Part shown: positions 51,939 to 61,390 of the stretch, piece after piece | Layout of the letters: each line of letters opens with the position of its first letter | How positions within the stretch are numbered: position 1 is the first letter of the stretch | Origin: a bacterium | Lineage (GTDB): Bacteria > Zhuqueibacterota > Zhuqueibacteria > Residuimicrobiales > Krinioviventaceae | Reading direction: 5' to 3' | Assembly (NCBI GenBank): GCA_963675755.2 | Contig: CAXXMD010000003.1 | Location: forward strand, 2,208,001-2,272,000 | Length of the DNA stretch: 64,000 bases | Program-made: the position numbers and the translations under genes | The notes under the pieces: model-generated | Database searches by the model: none | What the model was told of the DNA's origin: nothing | Seen by the model: only the letters and a program-made list of their open reading frames with translations

Positions 51939-53072
51939 ATGGATCCTAAATCAATCGGACTTGTAGAAACCCAATATTATACCTTTGCGGAACCACCCAA
52001 CAAGATGAAGCTGGACAGTGGTGAGACCCTGGGTCCCATTACTATTGCGTACGAGACCTATGGTACGTTGAATGACCAGGGAACCAATGCTATACTTCTT
52101 ACCCATGCTTTATCCGGTGATTCTCATGTTGCGGGTTACCATTCAGAGGATGACCGCAAGCCGGGCTGGTGGGATTTTATGGTTGGCCCCGGACGTCCAT
52201 TTGACACGGAAAAGTATTTCATGATCTGTTCAAATGTCATTGGCGGGTGCAAGGGTTCAACAGGCCCTACATCAATTAACCCTGAAACCGGCAAACCGTA
52301 TAATCTCAATTTTCCGGTAGTGACCATTGGCGATATGGTGCGGGCGCAGCGTGAGCTGATTCGGCATCTTGGCGTCTCTAAGCTTTTAGCGGTTATTGGC
52401 GGATCTATGGGCGGTATGCAGGTGCTGGAATGGGCCATTAAATATCCGGATATGGTTTCGGCGGCCATTCCCATAGCAACCACAAGTCGGTTGAACGCGC
52501 AGGGTATTGCTTTTGATGAAGTGGGCAGACAGGCCATTTATGCTGATGCCAACTGGAAAAAAGGCGATTATTCTGAACATGATCTCATTCCCGCTGAAGG
52601 ATTGGGCGTAGCGCGCATGTTGGCACACATAACCTATCTCAGCGAAGAATCCATGCACGAGAAATTCGGTCGTCGCTTGCGTGAAAAAGAGCGCTATGGT
52701 TATGACTTTACAACAGATTTTGAGGTAGAAAGCTATTTGCGTTACCAGGGCGAGTCCTTTATCCGACGGTTTGATGCAAATACCTATCTCTATATTACCA
52801 AAGCCATCGATTATTACGACCTGAACCAGGAATTCGGGAGTCTGGAGAATGCGTTCAAGGGCGTAACGGCAAAATTTCTGGTCTTGTCTTTTTCATCGGA
52901 CTGGTTGTTCACTACCAAACAGGCCAAAGATATTGTACGCGCGCTCAAAGTGAACCAAAAACATGTATCTTTTTGTGAGATCCCGTCCCCCTATGGACAT
53001 GATGCTTTTTTGCTACCGAACCCGTTTATGGAAAAAATGATCTCCAGCTTTCTAAGTTATGCCAATGATTAA
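51939..53072 (+). CDS. metX: Homoserine O-acyltransferase
   Basis: [43 protein letters not shown]. Confidence 0.95.
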   Translation: MDPKSIGLVETQYYTFAEPPNKMKLDSGETLGPITIAYETYGTLNDQGTNAILLTHALSGDSHVAGYHSEDDRKPGWWDFMVGPGRPFDTEKYFMICSNVIGGCKGSTGPTSINPETGKPYNLNFPVVTIGDMVRAQRELIRHLGVSKLLAVIGGSMGGMQVLEWAIKYPDMVSAAIPIATTSRLNAQGIAFDEVGRQAIYADANWKKGDYSEHDLIPAEGLGVARMLAHITYLSEESMHEKFGRRLREKERYGYDFTTDFEVESYLRYQGESFIRRFDANTYLYITKAIDYYDLNQEFGSLENAFKGVTAKFLVLSFSSDWLFTTKQAKDIVRALKVNQKHVSFCEIPSPYGHDAFLLPNPFMEKMISSFLSYAND

Positions 53073-53083
53073 GAGGGATTGAT

Positions 53084-53698
53084 TTGCCGAAACGATTGAT
53101 ACATATTCGTCCTGATTTACATCTGATCACCGAACTGGTCGATAACAACAGCCGGGTGCTTGATCTGGGCTGTGGAACCGGTGATTTGCTGCATCAACTG
53201 GTAACCGAAAGAAACGTGCTGGGGCACGGACTTGAGATTGATGTGGAAAATGTTACTGCCTGTGTGGAAAAGGGTGTACCGGTATTGCAGGGCGATCTGG
53301 ATGAAGGATTGGGCGAATATCTGGACCATTCGTTCGATTATGTGATCCTGTCGCAGACGATCCAGGCGGTCAAACGACCTAACGACATCCTCAGGGAAAT
53401 GCTGCGTGTAGGACAAACGGGTATTGTCAGCCTCATCAATTTTGCGTATTTCAAAGTGCGTTGGCAGTTGTTTTGGCAAGGTACAATGCCGAAAACCAAA
53501 ACATTACCGTACGAGTGGTACGACACTCCCAATATTCACCTCACCACCATCAAGGATTTCAAGGCTTTGTGCGAGAAGAATGATCTCAAGATTGTCAAAC
53601 AAATCAATCTGGGTCGTTCGCGCAAAGGTGGAGTGTTCTCTAATCTCTTTCCCAATTTATTTTCAGACCTTTCGATTTTTGTAATTCAGCATAAATAA
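53084..53698 (+). CDS. metW: Methionine biosynthesis protein MetW
   Basis: RPDL, VLDLGCGTG, FDYVILSQTIQ, LPYEWYDTPNIH; adjacent to metX. Confidence 0.93.
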   Translation: MPKRLIHIRPDLHLITELVDNNSRVLDLGCGTGDLLHQLVTERNVLGHGLEIDVENVTACVEKGVPVLQGDLDEGLGEYLDHSFDYVILSQTIQAVKRPNDILREMLRVGQTGIVSLINFAYFKVRWQLFWQGTMPKTKTLPYEWYDTPNIHLTTIKDFKALCEKNDLKIVKQINLGRSRKGGVFSNLFPNLFSDLSIFVIQHK

Positions 53699-53699
53699 A

Positions 53700-53905
53700 A
53701 AAAGTTGTCAGTTATCAGTATTCAGTAGTCAGTTAGATGGCAAACGGCAGTCGTGAGTAGAACGAAATTCTTTTCGTTTGCCTGGCGTAGACGGATTTTT
53801 TTGTTATCCGAGATAATCCGTGTTGATTCGTGGTTAAATTTAATACCATAGCTTGAAAAGATTTTGATGAACCACTGAGACACAGGGCACACAGAGGGAA
53901 ACAAG
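53700..53905. repeat. Composite repeat hub 4
   Basis: (TCAGTNN)n heptamer tract at 53704-53734; modules 53757-53799, 53801-53835 and 53870-53904 are inverted homologues of hub 3 modules. Confidence 0.75.
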
Positions 53906-54018
53906 ACTTTGTAGTTGAATTCATTAAAATCTTGCTCAAGTCCCTTGCTTTAAAGTTAAAATGCAAAACATTTTACCGACTCTCACACCCAATAACACTG
54001 AGTGGGAGGAAACTCTCG

Positions 54019-56172
54019 TTATTCCTGAATCAACCCATGCGCCAATCCCACATAATACGCAAATAAATAGTGTATACCCTCTTGCAGGGATTTACCGTCG
54101 CCATCGCCGGTGAGCTTGTAAGGATCGTATCCCCAGCGAATGACATGTCTTTCGTCAATGGGAAAGACATAGCCGTCAACGCGATAGCCGGCGGTACCGG
54201 GATCGTGTCCCAGATGCGGTTTTAGCGGCACCATGTCGATGCGGTGGGCATTGGACATGGGCCAGTTGAGCAGATCGAGGGGATAGCGTTTTAGCGTATC
54301 GATTGCATCCAGCAAGCTCGATTCCGGTGGGGTGAGATCTGTGGTGCGCCACTGGTCCGTACGTTCTTTACCCATACAACATGCGGCATAGATAAAATTA
54401 GCCCAGGGAGATTTTTCATACTGTTCAACCTCCCAATGGCGGTGAATGGCCCACTGGTACATGTTGAGGAGTTTGGGATCGGTTTCATACCGCAGCAGGT
54501 GATAGTAATTCATAAACGCCATCTTGTCGTCATGCGATCCTTCCGTGCCCGCACCCACAATATCTCGGGGTTGGGTCATGCCGTTCATGGCATACCCTTC
54601 GTCCAGTGCGAGTTTGAGGTATTCCTTGCGGTACTTTTCATCACCGGTAATATGCCAGGTGACCAGCAAATAGTTTAACACACTGTTGCAGCGCAATCCG
54701 CGTTCAACCACCCATGAGGAATTCCGGTTCATATCATCGGGAGAAAAACGTCCCCATCGGGTTGGGGTACCGTCATAATCCACAAGATTATAACCATTAT
54801 TCAAAATATGGTCGGAGGTACGTCTGACTGCTTTTCGCACGGCATCTTTTTCCGCCTCGGTTTCACAGACATGATCGTAATATGCGCCATAACCCAGGAA
54901 ATGGCCATCCAGTTCATCAGCGCTGCTGTCATTTTTCCAATACCATTCCCCGGTTTTGTCGATGGGCCAGCGCGGCTGGATGATTTTCCACAAGGTATCT
55001 GCCTTGTGACGACGGATATCATAATTCAGATCAAAATCAGGATTCGGGTCTGGTCCCGATGTGGGCATGATCACCCTTGAAAAAAATCCTTCCGGGGGTT
55101 GGTGGCTGCCGCCCTGTGTAACCTCACTGAGGAAGGTAAGGGCCTTGAAGGCTTTGTGAGCGTGTTCTTTGTACTGCGGATCGTTCGTAACCGCATATGC
55201 CAGACTCACAGCTGCCAGATACGTGCCAATCCAGTGGCCGTCATTGTCCGTATATTTTGGGGTAGCCGTGCTCTTGTCCCCAGCGACCTCTAACCTGGCA
55301 GGATTAATATATCCAAACCGAGTACGTCGATGATATTTTTCCAGCTCGTTTTCAAAAAAAGCAGCCTTTTTTGCCAAACTCATGGGAGTGCTTGCAATGC
55401 ACGATACGCCTTTTGATGTTGCGATCCATGCATTACCGTTGGTATCAATGGTTATATCCAGTACATGATTATCCAGCAGCCAGCGTCGGCCCTGTCTGAA
55501 TGACCATTCTCCGTTTTGGTAACGGATTGCGCCATTGGTGGTTCCCATCCACACACTATTGGATCCAGCAGCCATACAGGTAAAATCGTTATAGGGCAGT
55601 CCCTCCTGACCAGTGAATAGTAGCCATTCGTCTTTTGAAATTCGATGTCCCACACCCTGGTGGGCGGCAAACCAGAGCTCGCCGTTTGCGTCATAGACAA
55701 CCGCACGTACATCCACCGGCGCCCAGCGGATATCGTTCTGACGAGGCATAGCCAGCTCCCAGCTATTGCTATTACCGATATAGAGACCAGCATCTGTTGC
55801 AACTGCAAATTCATTTTTATTTTGGGCAACATCCAGGATTTGTAATGCAACATCTGCCTGTTTTTGCAAGGCATCTGTCTGTTTGGGACTTAATTGGGCT
55901 TGGCTGGGGAGGTGTACATCCTCCTCTGACAGTGATTGCCAACGGTCCTCATTAAATACAGACCAACCCGCTTTTGTTTTTGCAAGTATTCGTCCCTGCC
56001 GATCTATAGAAATTTGCATAACGTGATTGCTTGGCAGTCCCTGTTTTGTTGTGTAGGGCTTTTGTATTTGCTGCTGGAATTCACCAACTTTTATGGGCAG
56101 CTCATAATCCGGTCCCTGGGCCGGAGCAATTGTTGCAAATAATAAAAAAAAGATCAATACTGTTGAACGCAT
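54019..56172 (-). CDS. Exported protein with regulator-propeller-type repeats and a helical (alpha/alpha)-barrel-like C-terminal domain
   Basis: Signal peptide; GLPSN, GLPYND, WMGT, WIAT repeats; DNDGHW, SSADELDGH. Confidence 0.7.
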   Translation of the reverse strand: MRSTVLIFFLLFATIAPAQGPDYELPIKVGEFQQQIQKPYTTKQGLPSNHVMQISIDRQGRILAKTKAGWSVFNEDRWQSLSEEDVHLPSQAQLSPKQTDALQKQADVALQILDVAQNKNEFAVATDAGLYIGNSNSWELAMPRQNDIRWAPVDVRAVVYDANGELWFAAHQGVGHRISKDEWLLFTGQEGLPYNDFTCMAAGSNSVWMGTTNGAIRYQNGEWSFRQGRRWLLDNHVLDITIDTNGNAWIATSKGVSCIASTPMSLAKKAAFFENELEKYHRRTRFGYINPARLEVAGDKSTATPKYTDNDGHWIGTYLAAVSLAYAVTNDPQYKEHAHKAFKALTFLSEVTQGGSHQPPEGFFSRVIMPTSGPDPNPDFDLNYDIRRHKADTLWKIIQPRWPIDKTGEWYWKNDSSADELDGHFLGYGAYYDHVCETEAEKDAVRKAVRRTSDHILNNGYNLVDYDGTPTRWGRFSPDDMNRNSSWVVERGLRCNSVLNYLLVTWHITGDEKYRKEYLKLALDEGYAMNGMTQPRDIVGAGTEGSHDDKMAFMNYYHLLRYETDPKLLNMYQWAIHRHWEVEQYEKSPWANFIYAACCMGKERTDQWRTTDLTPPESSLLDAIDTLKRYPLDLLNWPMSNAHRIDMVPLKPHLGHDPGTAGYRVDGYVFPIDERHVIRWGYDPYKLTGDGDGKSLQEGIHYLFAYYVGLAHGLIQE

Positions 56173-56325
56173 ATAGAGTCCCTTTCAGATGCAGTGAGCA
56201 TGAGAACATACTAATTAAAATAGACAAGATTTTCAAAAATGCCAAGGGTTTACAAATACAATTCAAAATTTTATGCGGAATACGCAGGATTGTTGATTGA
56301 ATTTGTTTATGAATGGATTTTATTT

Positions 56326-56354
56326 TTGACTTTTTCTCAATTCAAGCGTATCAT
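56326..56354 (+). promoter_or_regulatory. Promoter of the ECF operon
   Basis: TTGACT-N17-TATCAT overlapping an ECF-like TGACTT...CGTA. Confidence 0.4.
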
Positions 56355-56366
56355 ATATAGATAGAA

Positions 56367-56936
56367 ATGAATACTAAAACCGGATTGAATTTGGACGAGT
56401 GCAGTCAATACATCCTTTTGGCCCGCAAGGGAGATATGCAGGCTTTTGCAAAACTGGTAAATATGCACCAGGAATTTGCGATGCATACTGCTATTCGTTA
56501 TGTGATGGACCACGAGTCCGCTCAGGATGTTGTGCAGGAAGCATTCATTCGTGTGTGGAAGCACTTGCACCGATTCAGGCTGGAAATGAAATTCAGCACC
56601 TGGCTCTATCGCATTGTGATTAATCTTTGCTATGATCGTTTGCGCAGGCAGCAGGTGAATATAACTATTGATGATTCTTTAAATGAGATATCGAATGATG
56701 ATCTGGAAAAAGACGTGGAAAATAGGGACAAGCTTCGGTTCATCAAACACATTGTGCAGACACTACCGGCAAAGCAGCGAATGGTTTTCCTCATGCGTGA
56801 TTTTGATGATCTTGAGATTGCTGAAATTGCAAAACTATTAAATATGCGTAATGGCACGGTAAAAAGTAATTTATATTATGCCCGTAAAAACATTCGGGAG
56901 CGTTTAACCGCAATAGGTATACATGATGAAGCATAA
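56367..56936 (+). CDS. ECF sigma factor
   Basis: AQDVVQEAFIRVW, FSTWLYRI, EIAKLL...GTVKSNLYYAR. Confidence 0.92.
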   Translation: MNTKTGLNLDECSQYILLARKGDMQAFAKLVNMHQEFAMHTAIRYVMDHESAQDVVQEAFIRVWKHLHRFRLEMKFSTWLYRIVINLCYDRLRRQQVNITIDDSLNEISNDDLEKDVENRDKLRFIKHIVQTLPAKQRMVFLMRDFDDLEIAEIAKLLNMRNGTVKSNLYYARKNIRERLTAIGIHDEA

Positions 56937-57654
56937 TTGTAAAAAATATGAAAAATGGCTCTATCTCTACCGGGAAGGGGAATTAAAACATTCACAGGCG
57001 CAACAATTGGCCGAACACTTGAAATCTTGTGCTAAATGTGCACAAATTTCCCGGCAACTTGGAAACATGCAAAAAGACATGCTGAGTTGGAAAGAAACGT
57101 CGGATACAGATTCAATAAATACGGATATAACCGCTAATGTGATTGGCAGTATACGAATGACGGAAAAGGATTCGGGTTATCTCTCTGTCACCTATTGGGA
57201 CCGTGTATTAAATGTATTTGCAAAACCAGGTATACAGGCGGTATCTCTGGCGGTAATGATACTTTTTTGTTTGACGCTTGTGTTTCAGGAAACCTCGGTT
57301 ATGCTGCAAATATCTAATCTTGAAAAAAGAATGGCCTTGAATACTGCGGTTCGGAATCGTCCTGTAGATAGCCAGTCGCTTGATTTTTTAGTGAATAAAC
57401 CGGAACTGCTGACCGCATTTGGACAGCAGACCAACACAAATGAACAATATATTGTTATCGATAAAAGCACAATGGAGGTATGGATGCATAACTATATGCA
57501 AACCCGTCTCCAAAATGAAATACTGCTGCAGTTTTTGGAAAAGCAATATCCGGACCTCTATGCTTTGATGGCAAAAGACAGCCTGTCATTGTCCGAGTTG
57601 GACCAGGTATTGCGAAAGCACAAGGATATCCTTGCACGATTAAAACAATTGTAA
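56923..57654 (+). CDS. Zinc-binding (zf-HC2) anti-sigma factor with one TM segment
   Basis: C...YREGEL...HLKSCAKC; overlaps the sigma gene. Confidence 0.85.
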   Translation: MMKHNCKKYEKWLYLYREGELKHSQAQQLAEHLKSCAKCAQISRQLGNMQKDMLSWKETSDTDSINTDITANVIGSIRMTEKDSGYLSVTYWDRVLNVFAKPGIQAVSLAVMILFCLTLVFQETSVMLQISNLEKRMALNTAVRNRPVDSQSLDFLVNKPELLTAFGQQTNTNEQYIVIDKSTMEVWMHNYMQTRLQNEILLQFLEKQYPDLYALMAKDSLSLSELDQVLRKHKDILARLKQL

Positions 57655-57669
57655 GGACAGGAGACCATT

Positions 57670-58698
57670 ATGAAGAAATTGGCGAGATTCATATTTATAA
57701 TTCTGATAGGAGTAATGTTGTTCACCGGCTGCGATGAAGTAGAGACCACCACAACAGTCCACAAAGACGGCTCGTGCACACGTTCGGTTGCGCTGGATTC
57801 ATCGGATGTTGAGGAAAGCCCGTATCCGTTACCGGTATCAGCAGGATGGGATATACAGTATACCCATAGTGAAAATAATCATATAATCTATAATGCAAAC
57901 CGTCATTTTAAATCGGTTGAGGAGCTGGCCCATGATCTTGAGAAATCAGCAGGAAACGGCAGCAGAATCTCTATAATCCCAAAGCTGGAAAAACGGTTTC
58001 GCTGGTTTTATACCTATTACCGATATTCTGAGGGTTATAACAACATTTCGTCCCGTTTTTCAATAGCAAAGGAAGAATATTTTACTCCGGAAGAGATTAA
58101 GCTATTGAGCATTTCATCTGATAGTGCAAAAACAGACAAGAAACTGGATGATAAATTTGAAGAATGGATCACCCGCAACTTTTTCGAGTCCTTTTATCAG
58201 CAGCTCAGGCAAGTGGTTGAGGGCTTGGGTGATCCAGACTTTTCGCCGGGATTACTGGAAAGCAAAAAAGAAGCGCTCTATCAGGTGTTTTATAAAGATG
58301 AACTGATCTCTCTGGATGACGAGCAAACTACACTTACAGATAAGGATATAGTAATCCTGAGTGAAACATTGGGTACAAGAGTTGTTTATCAAATCAGGAA
58401 TGAACTGGACCATATTATTGCCGGATTGATGAGAGAACTGGAATGGCTGGCTGCAGTACAGTTGACAGAGTTTAAACAGATCGTGTTGATGCCGGGTCTG
58501 ATTATCGATACCAATGCCAAAACCATAGAGGGCAGCAAGTTGACCTGGGATGTGGATAATGATGTGTTATTTTTCAAGGATTATGAAATGTGGGTAGAGT
58601 CACGTGTGGTGAACAGAGGAGTAATTGTGGCAACGCTTTTATTTATTCTAATTCTGGGTACTCTGTTAATTGTTTCTGTTAAAAGACAACGCATATAA
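57670..58698 (+). CDS. Lipoprotein with a C-terminal TM anchor, third gene of the ECF operon
   Basis: LFTGC lipobox, VHKDGS, MPG..IDTNA....LTW, hydrophobic C-terminus. Confidence 0.8.
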   Translation: MKKLARFIFIILIGVMLFTGCDEVETTTTVHKDGSCTRSVALDSSDVEESPYPLPVSAGWDIQYTHSENNHIIYNANRHFKSVEELAHDLEKSAGNGSRISIIPKLEKRFRWFYTYYRYSEGYNNISSRFSIAKEEYFTPEEIKLLSISSDSAKTDKKLDDKFEEWITRNFFESFYQQLRQVVEGLGDPDFSPGLLESKKEALYQVFYKDELISLDDEQTTLTDKDIVILSETLGTRVVYQIRNELDHIIAGLMRELEWLAAVQLTEFKQIVLMPGLIIDTNAKTIEGSKLTWDVDNDVLFFKDYEMWVESRVVNRGVIVATLLFILILGTLLIVSVKRQRI

Positions 58699-58722
58699 AA
58701 AAAGCCGGTTTAGACCGGCTTT
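58697..58722. terminator. Bidirectional terminator
   Basis: AAAGCCGGT-ttag-ACCGGCTTT between convergent genes. Confidence 0.65.
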
Positions 58723-59045
58723 GTAATTTTTATATAGTAAACATCTTTATGGATATAAGCTTCTTTGTTATACTTGTCATCTTTGGAAGATTTTAATTTA
58801 GCCTTGTGAAGTCTGGCCGTCAAGCCTTTTTTTAAAGCATATTCAATCAAATCATCCGTATTGGTCATGGCCGCACAGGCAACGCCATTAGTTGAAGTGA
58901 GTGTTACAGATTTGGCACTATCCACATAACCTGCCTGTTTTAAAAACCAGTCTTTAATAATGGGGGTAGCCGCAACGGGTAAAATGATCTCTTCACCCTG
59001 ATCAAGTAATCGTTTTGCGTCTTTGGCCATGTACACGGTTTGCAT
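58710..59045 (-). CDS. Hypothetical protein (111 aa)
   Basis: GGAG RBS, fills the intergenic gap, ends in the terminator. Confidence 0.65.
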   Translation of the reverse strand: MQTVYMAKDAKRLLDQGEEIILPVAATPIIKDWFLKQAGYVDSAKSVTLTSTNGVACAAMTNTDDLIEYALKKGLTARLHKAKLKSSKDDKYNKEAYIHKDVYYIKITKPV

Positions 59046-59274
59046 AATGTATACTCCAAATTTTCATTACTATCTAGCTGAAAACTGTGATAAAAATATT
59101 GATCAAGTTTTTGCACGTTTCAGGTTTCAATTGTTCAATGGAATTTATATTCGAATAACGAATAATAGAAACAATTATACAAAAATAATATAATTAAATC
59201 AATAGAATTGTTATTTTTTGTGAATCTTCTGTTAGTGTATTTTATTTCTTTGTTTTGAACACTGTAAAAAAGAT

Positions 59275-59303
59275 TTGACTAATAATGGCAAAACTCTTAT
59301 CTT
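59275..59303 (+). promoter_or_regulatory. Sigma70-type promoter
   Basis: TTGACT-N17-TATCTT upstream of the permease. Confidence 0.45.
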
Positions 59304-59328
59304 TATTGAATTTGATAAAGAAAAGAGA

Positions 59329-60294
59329 ATGGAACTGGTTTTGAGTAGAGCGACCCCAATTTTATATTTACTGCGCAGGTTTGCACCATTTATGAGCCTG
59401 ATTGTGATGGCGGGAATACTTGCTATTGCCTCCCCTTATTTTTTAACTGTCGACAATTTATTTGCTATAGGTTTACAAATGGCTGTAATAGCCATTATGG
59501 CAATTGGTCAAATGTTGGTAATCATTTCTGCGGGAATTGATCTTTCCGTTGGTTCCATCCTTGCGCTTGCCGGTGTTGGCGCAACTATGTTACTGGCTGC
59601 CGGAATGCCTATCTGGCTGGCTGTAATATTGGGATTGCTGATTGGTGCGGCATGCGGTGCATTATCAGGAGCTTTGATAGCCTGGGGCCATATTCCACCA
59701 TTCATTGCAACGCTGGGTATGATGGGTATTGCGCGTGGCGCGGCATTGTTAATTACCGGTGGTGTAGCGGTTTTTGGAATACCTGAAGCTTTTGGCGTGT
59801 TTGGCAGCGGACGAGTTCTAGACGTCATTCCCGTACCGGTTATCTTTGTAGTGATTCTTGCTGTTATTTTTCATGTTATCCTAACCCGTACAGTTTTCGG
59901 ACGACATATTTTTGCTATTGGTGCCAATGCCGAAGCCGCACGTTTGTCCGGAGTGGGTGTGGGATTCAAACTGTTTGCTTTATATGTTATCAATGGTGTG
60001 CTTTGTGGTATTGCGGGAATTGTAATGGCATCCCGTTTGAATACCGGACAACCAACAGCCGCAACCGGATACGAGTTGGATGTGATTGCAGCCTGTGTGA
60101 TTGGCGGAGCAAGCTTGAGCGGTGGTGAGGGTACCATTATGGGCGCTATTATAGGCGCACTGATTATTGGAACGTTAAGAAATGGTTGTAACCTGTTAGA
60201 TATTTCTGCTTTTTGGCAGCAGATTGCTATTGGTACAATTATAATCATTGCCGTATTTAATGATCAAATTCGTAAACACAGACAGCTTGCCTAA
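59329..60294 (+). CDS. Monosaccharide ABC transporter permease (RbsC family)
   Basis: GIDLSVGS, IPPFIATLG, FGRHIFAIGAN.EAARLSG, YELDVIAACVIGG.SLSGG.G. Confidence 0.92.
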   Translation: MELVLSRATPILYLLRRFAPFMSLIVMAGILAIASPYFLTVDNLFAIGLQMAVIAIMAIGQMLVIISAGIDLSVGSILALAGVGATMLLAAGMPIWLAVILGLLIGAACGALSGALIAWGHIPPFIATLGMMGIARGAALLITGGVAVFGIPEAFGVFGSGRVLDVIPVPVIFVVILAVIFHVILTRTVFGRHIFAIGANAEAARLSGVGVGFKLFALYVINGVLCGIAGIVMASRLNTGQPTAATGYELDVIAACVIGGASLSGGEGTIMGAIIGALIIGTLRNGCNLLDISAFWQQIAIGTIIIIAVFNDQIRKHRQLA

Positions 60295-60336
60295 GTTGTC
60301 TATATTATATAGAATGTATGATCTAGAGGATGTAAT

Positions 60337-61284
60337 ATGAAAAAAGCGCTTATTGCAATTTTATTGCCCCTTTTATTTTTTACCTTTTGTGCTCCCAGAG
60401 AGCAATCTAATAAACCCAAGATTTTGGTGTCTCCTAAAGGTTTGGTGTTGTCATTTTGGACTTCTGTGCGTGAAGGCGCTATGCAGGCGGGTAAAGATTT
60501 TGATGTGGATATTGTATGGAAAGGCCCGTCTTTGGAAATCAACATTGCAGAACAAATCAGCATTGTTGAAGACAATATCAACAAACGTGTAGATGCAATA
60601 GTACTGGCCGCTTGTGATGCCACCGCTTTGGTACCTGTAGTTGAACGTGCCGATGCCGCAGGTATTCCGGTGGTTACCATTGATTCTGACCTCAATTCTG
60701 ATGTCAGAAAATCTTTTATTGCAACGGACAATGTGGCCGCATCTGAAAAAGCAGCAGATGTTTTGTACGAACTGATTGGCGGCAAGGGCGAAGTTGCTAT
60801 TCTTCCCATTATTCCCGGTTCATCAACAACGATTATGCGTGAAAAAGGATTTGATCAAGGCCTGGTAAAATATCCGGAAATGAAACTGGTAGCCAAGCAA
60901 TATTCTCATGCCGAAGTTGACCGCGCCATGGCTATAACCGAAGATATTGTAACCGCACATCAGAACCTGGCTGGTATTTTTGCCGCAAACGAATCTGCTA
61001 CTATTGGTTCTGCGCAGGCATTAAAGAGCCGCGGATTGGCCGGAAAGATCAAAATCGTTGGTTTTGATGCTGCTCCGAATGAAGTCCAGGTGCTGGAAGA
61101 GGGTGTTGTAGACGCATTGATCGTTCAGGATCCTTATAAAATGGGTTATATGGGTGTGAAAACTGCACTGGATCTTATAAACGGCAAAGAGGTTGAAAAA
61201 CGCATCGATACCGGTGTGTATGTGGTAACACGGGAGAACCTGCATTCGCCGGAGATACAAAAGCTGATCAATCCTACAAATTAA
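60337..61284 (+). CDS. Monosaccharide ABC transporter substrate-binding lipoprotein (RbsB family)
   Basis: FWTSV, GIPVVTIDS, IATDN, R..GF, IVGFDA, IVQDPYKMGY. Confidence 0.92.
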   Translation: MKKALIAILLPLLFFTFCAPREQSNKPKILVSPKGLVLSFWTSVREGAMQAGKDFDVDIVWKGPSLEINIAEQISIVEDNINKRVDAIVLAACDATALVPVVERADAAGIPVVTIDSDLNSDVRKSFIATDNVAASEKAADVLYELIGGKGEVAILPIIPGSSTTIMREKGFDQGLVKYPEMKLVAKQYSHAEVDRAMAITEDIVTAHQNLAGIFAANESATIGSAQALKSRGLAGKIKIVGFDAAPNEVQVLEEGVVDALIVQDPYKMGYMGVKTALDLINGKEVEKRIDTGVYVVTRENLHSPEIQKLINPTN

Positions 61285-61289
61285 ATTTT

Positions 61290-61320
61290 AATGTCCCGAT
61301 ATTTCGGGACATTTTTGTTT
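61290..61320 (+). terminator. Rho-independent terminator
   Basis: AATGTCCCGA-tatt-TCGGGACATT followed by TTTGTTT. Confidence 0.75.
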
Positions 61321-61390
61321 TAAACCTATGCATTCATACTGGATCGTTGTATATTCATAATATTGTACAATATTATAATGGGAGTGAATC

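Noticed and set aside
53722-53966. Short ORFs in hub 4
   Set aside because: They are repeat-derived (SVCPVSQW, LCALCLSG patterns)
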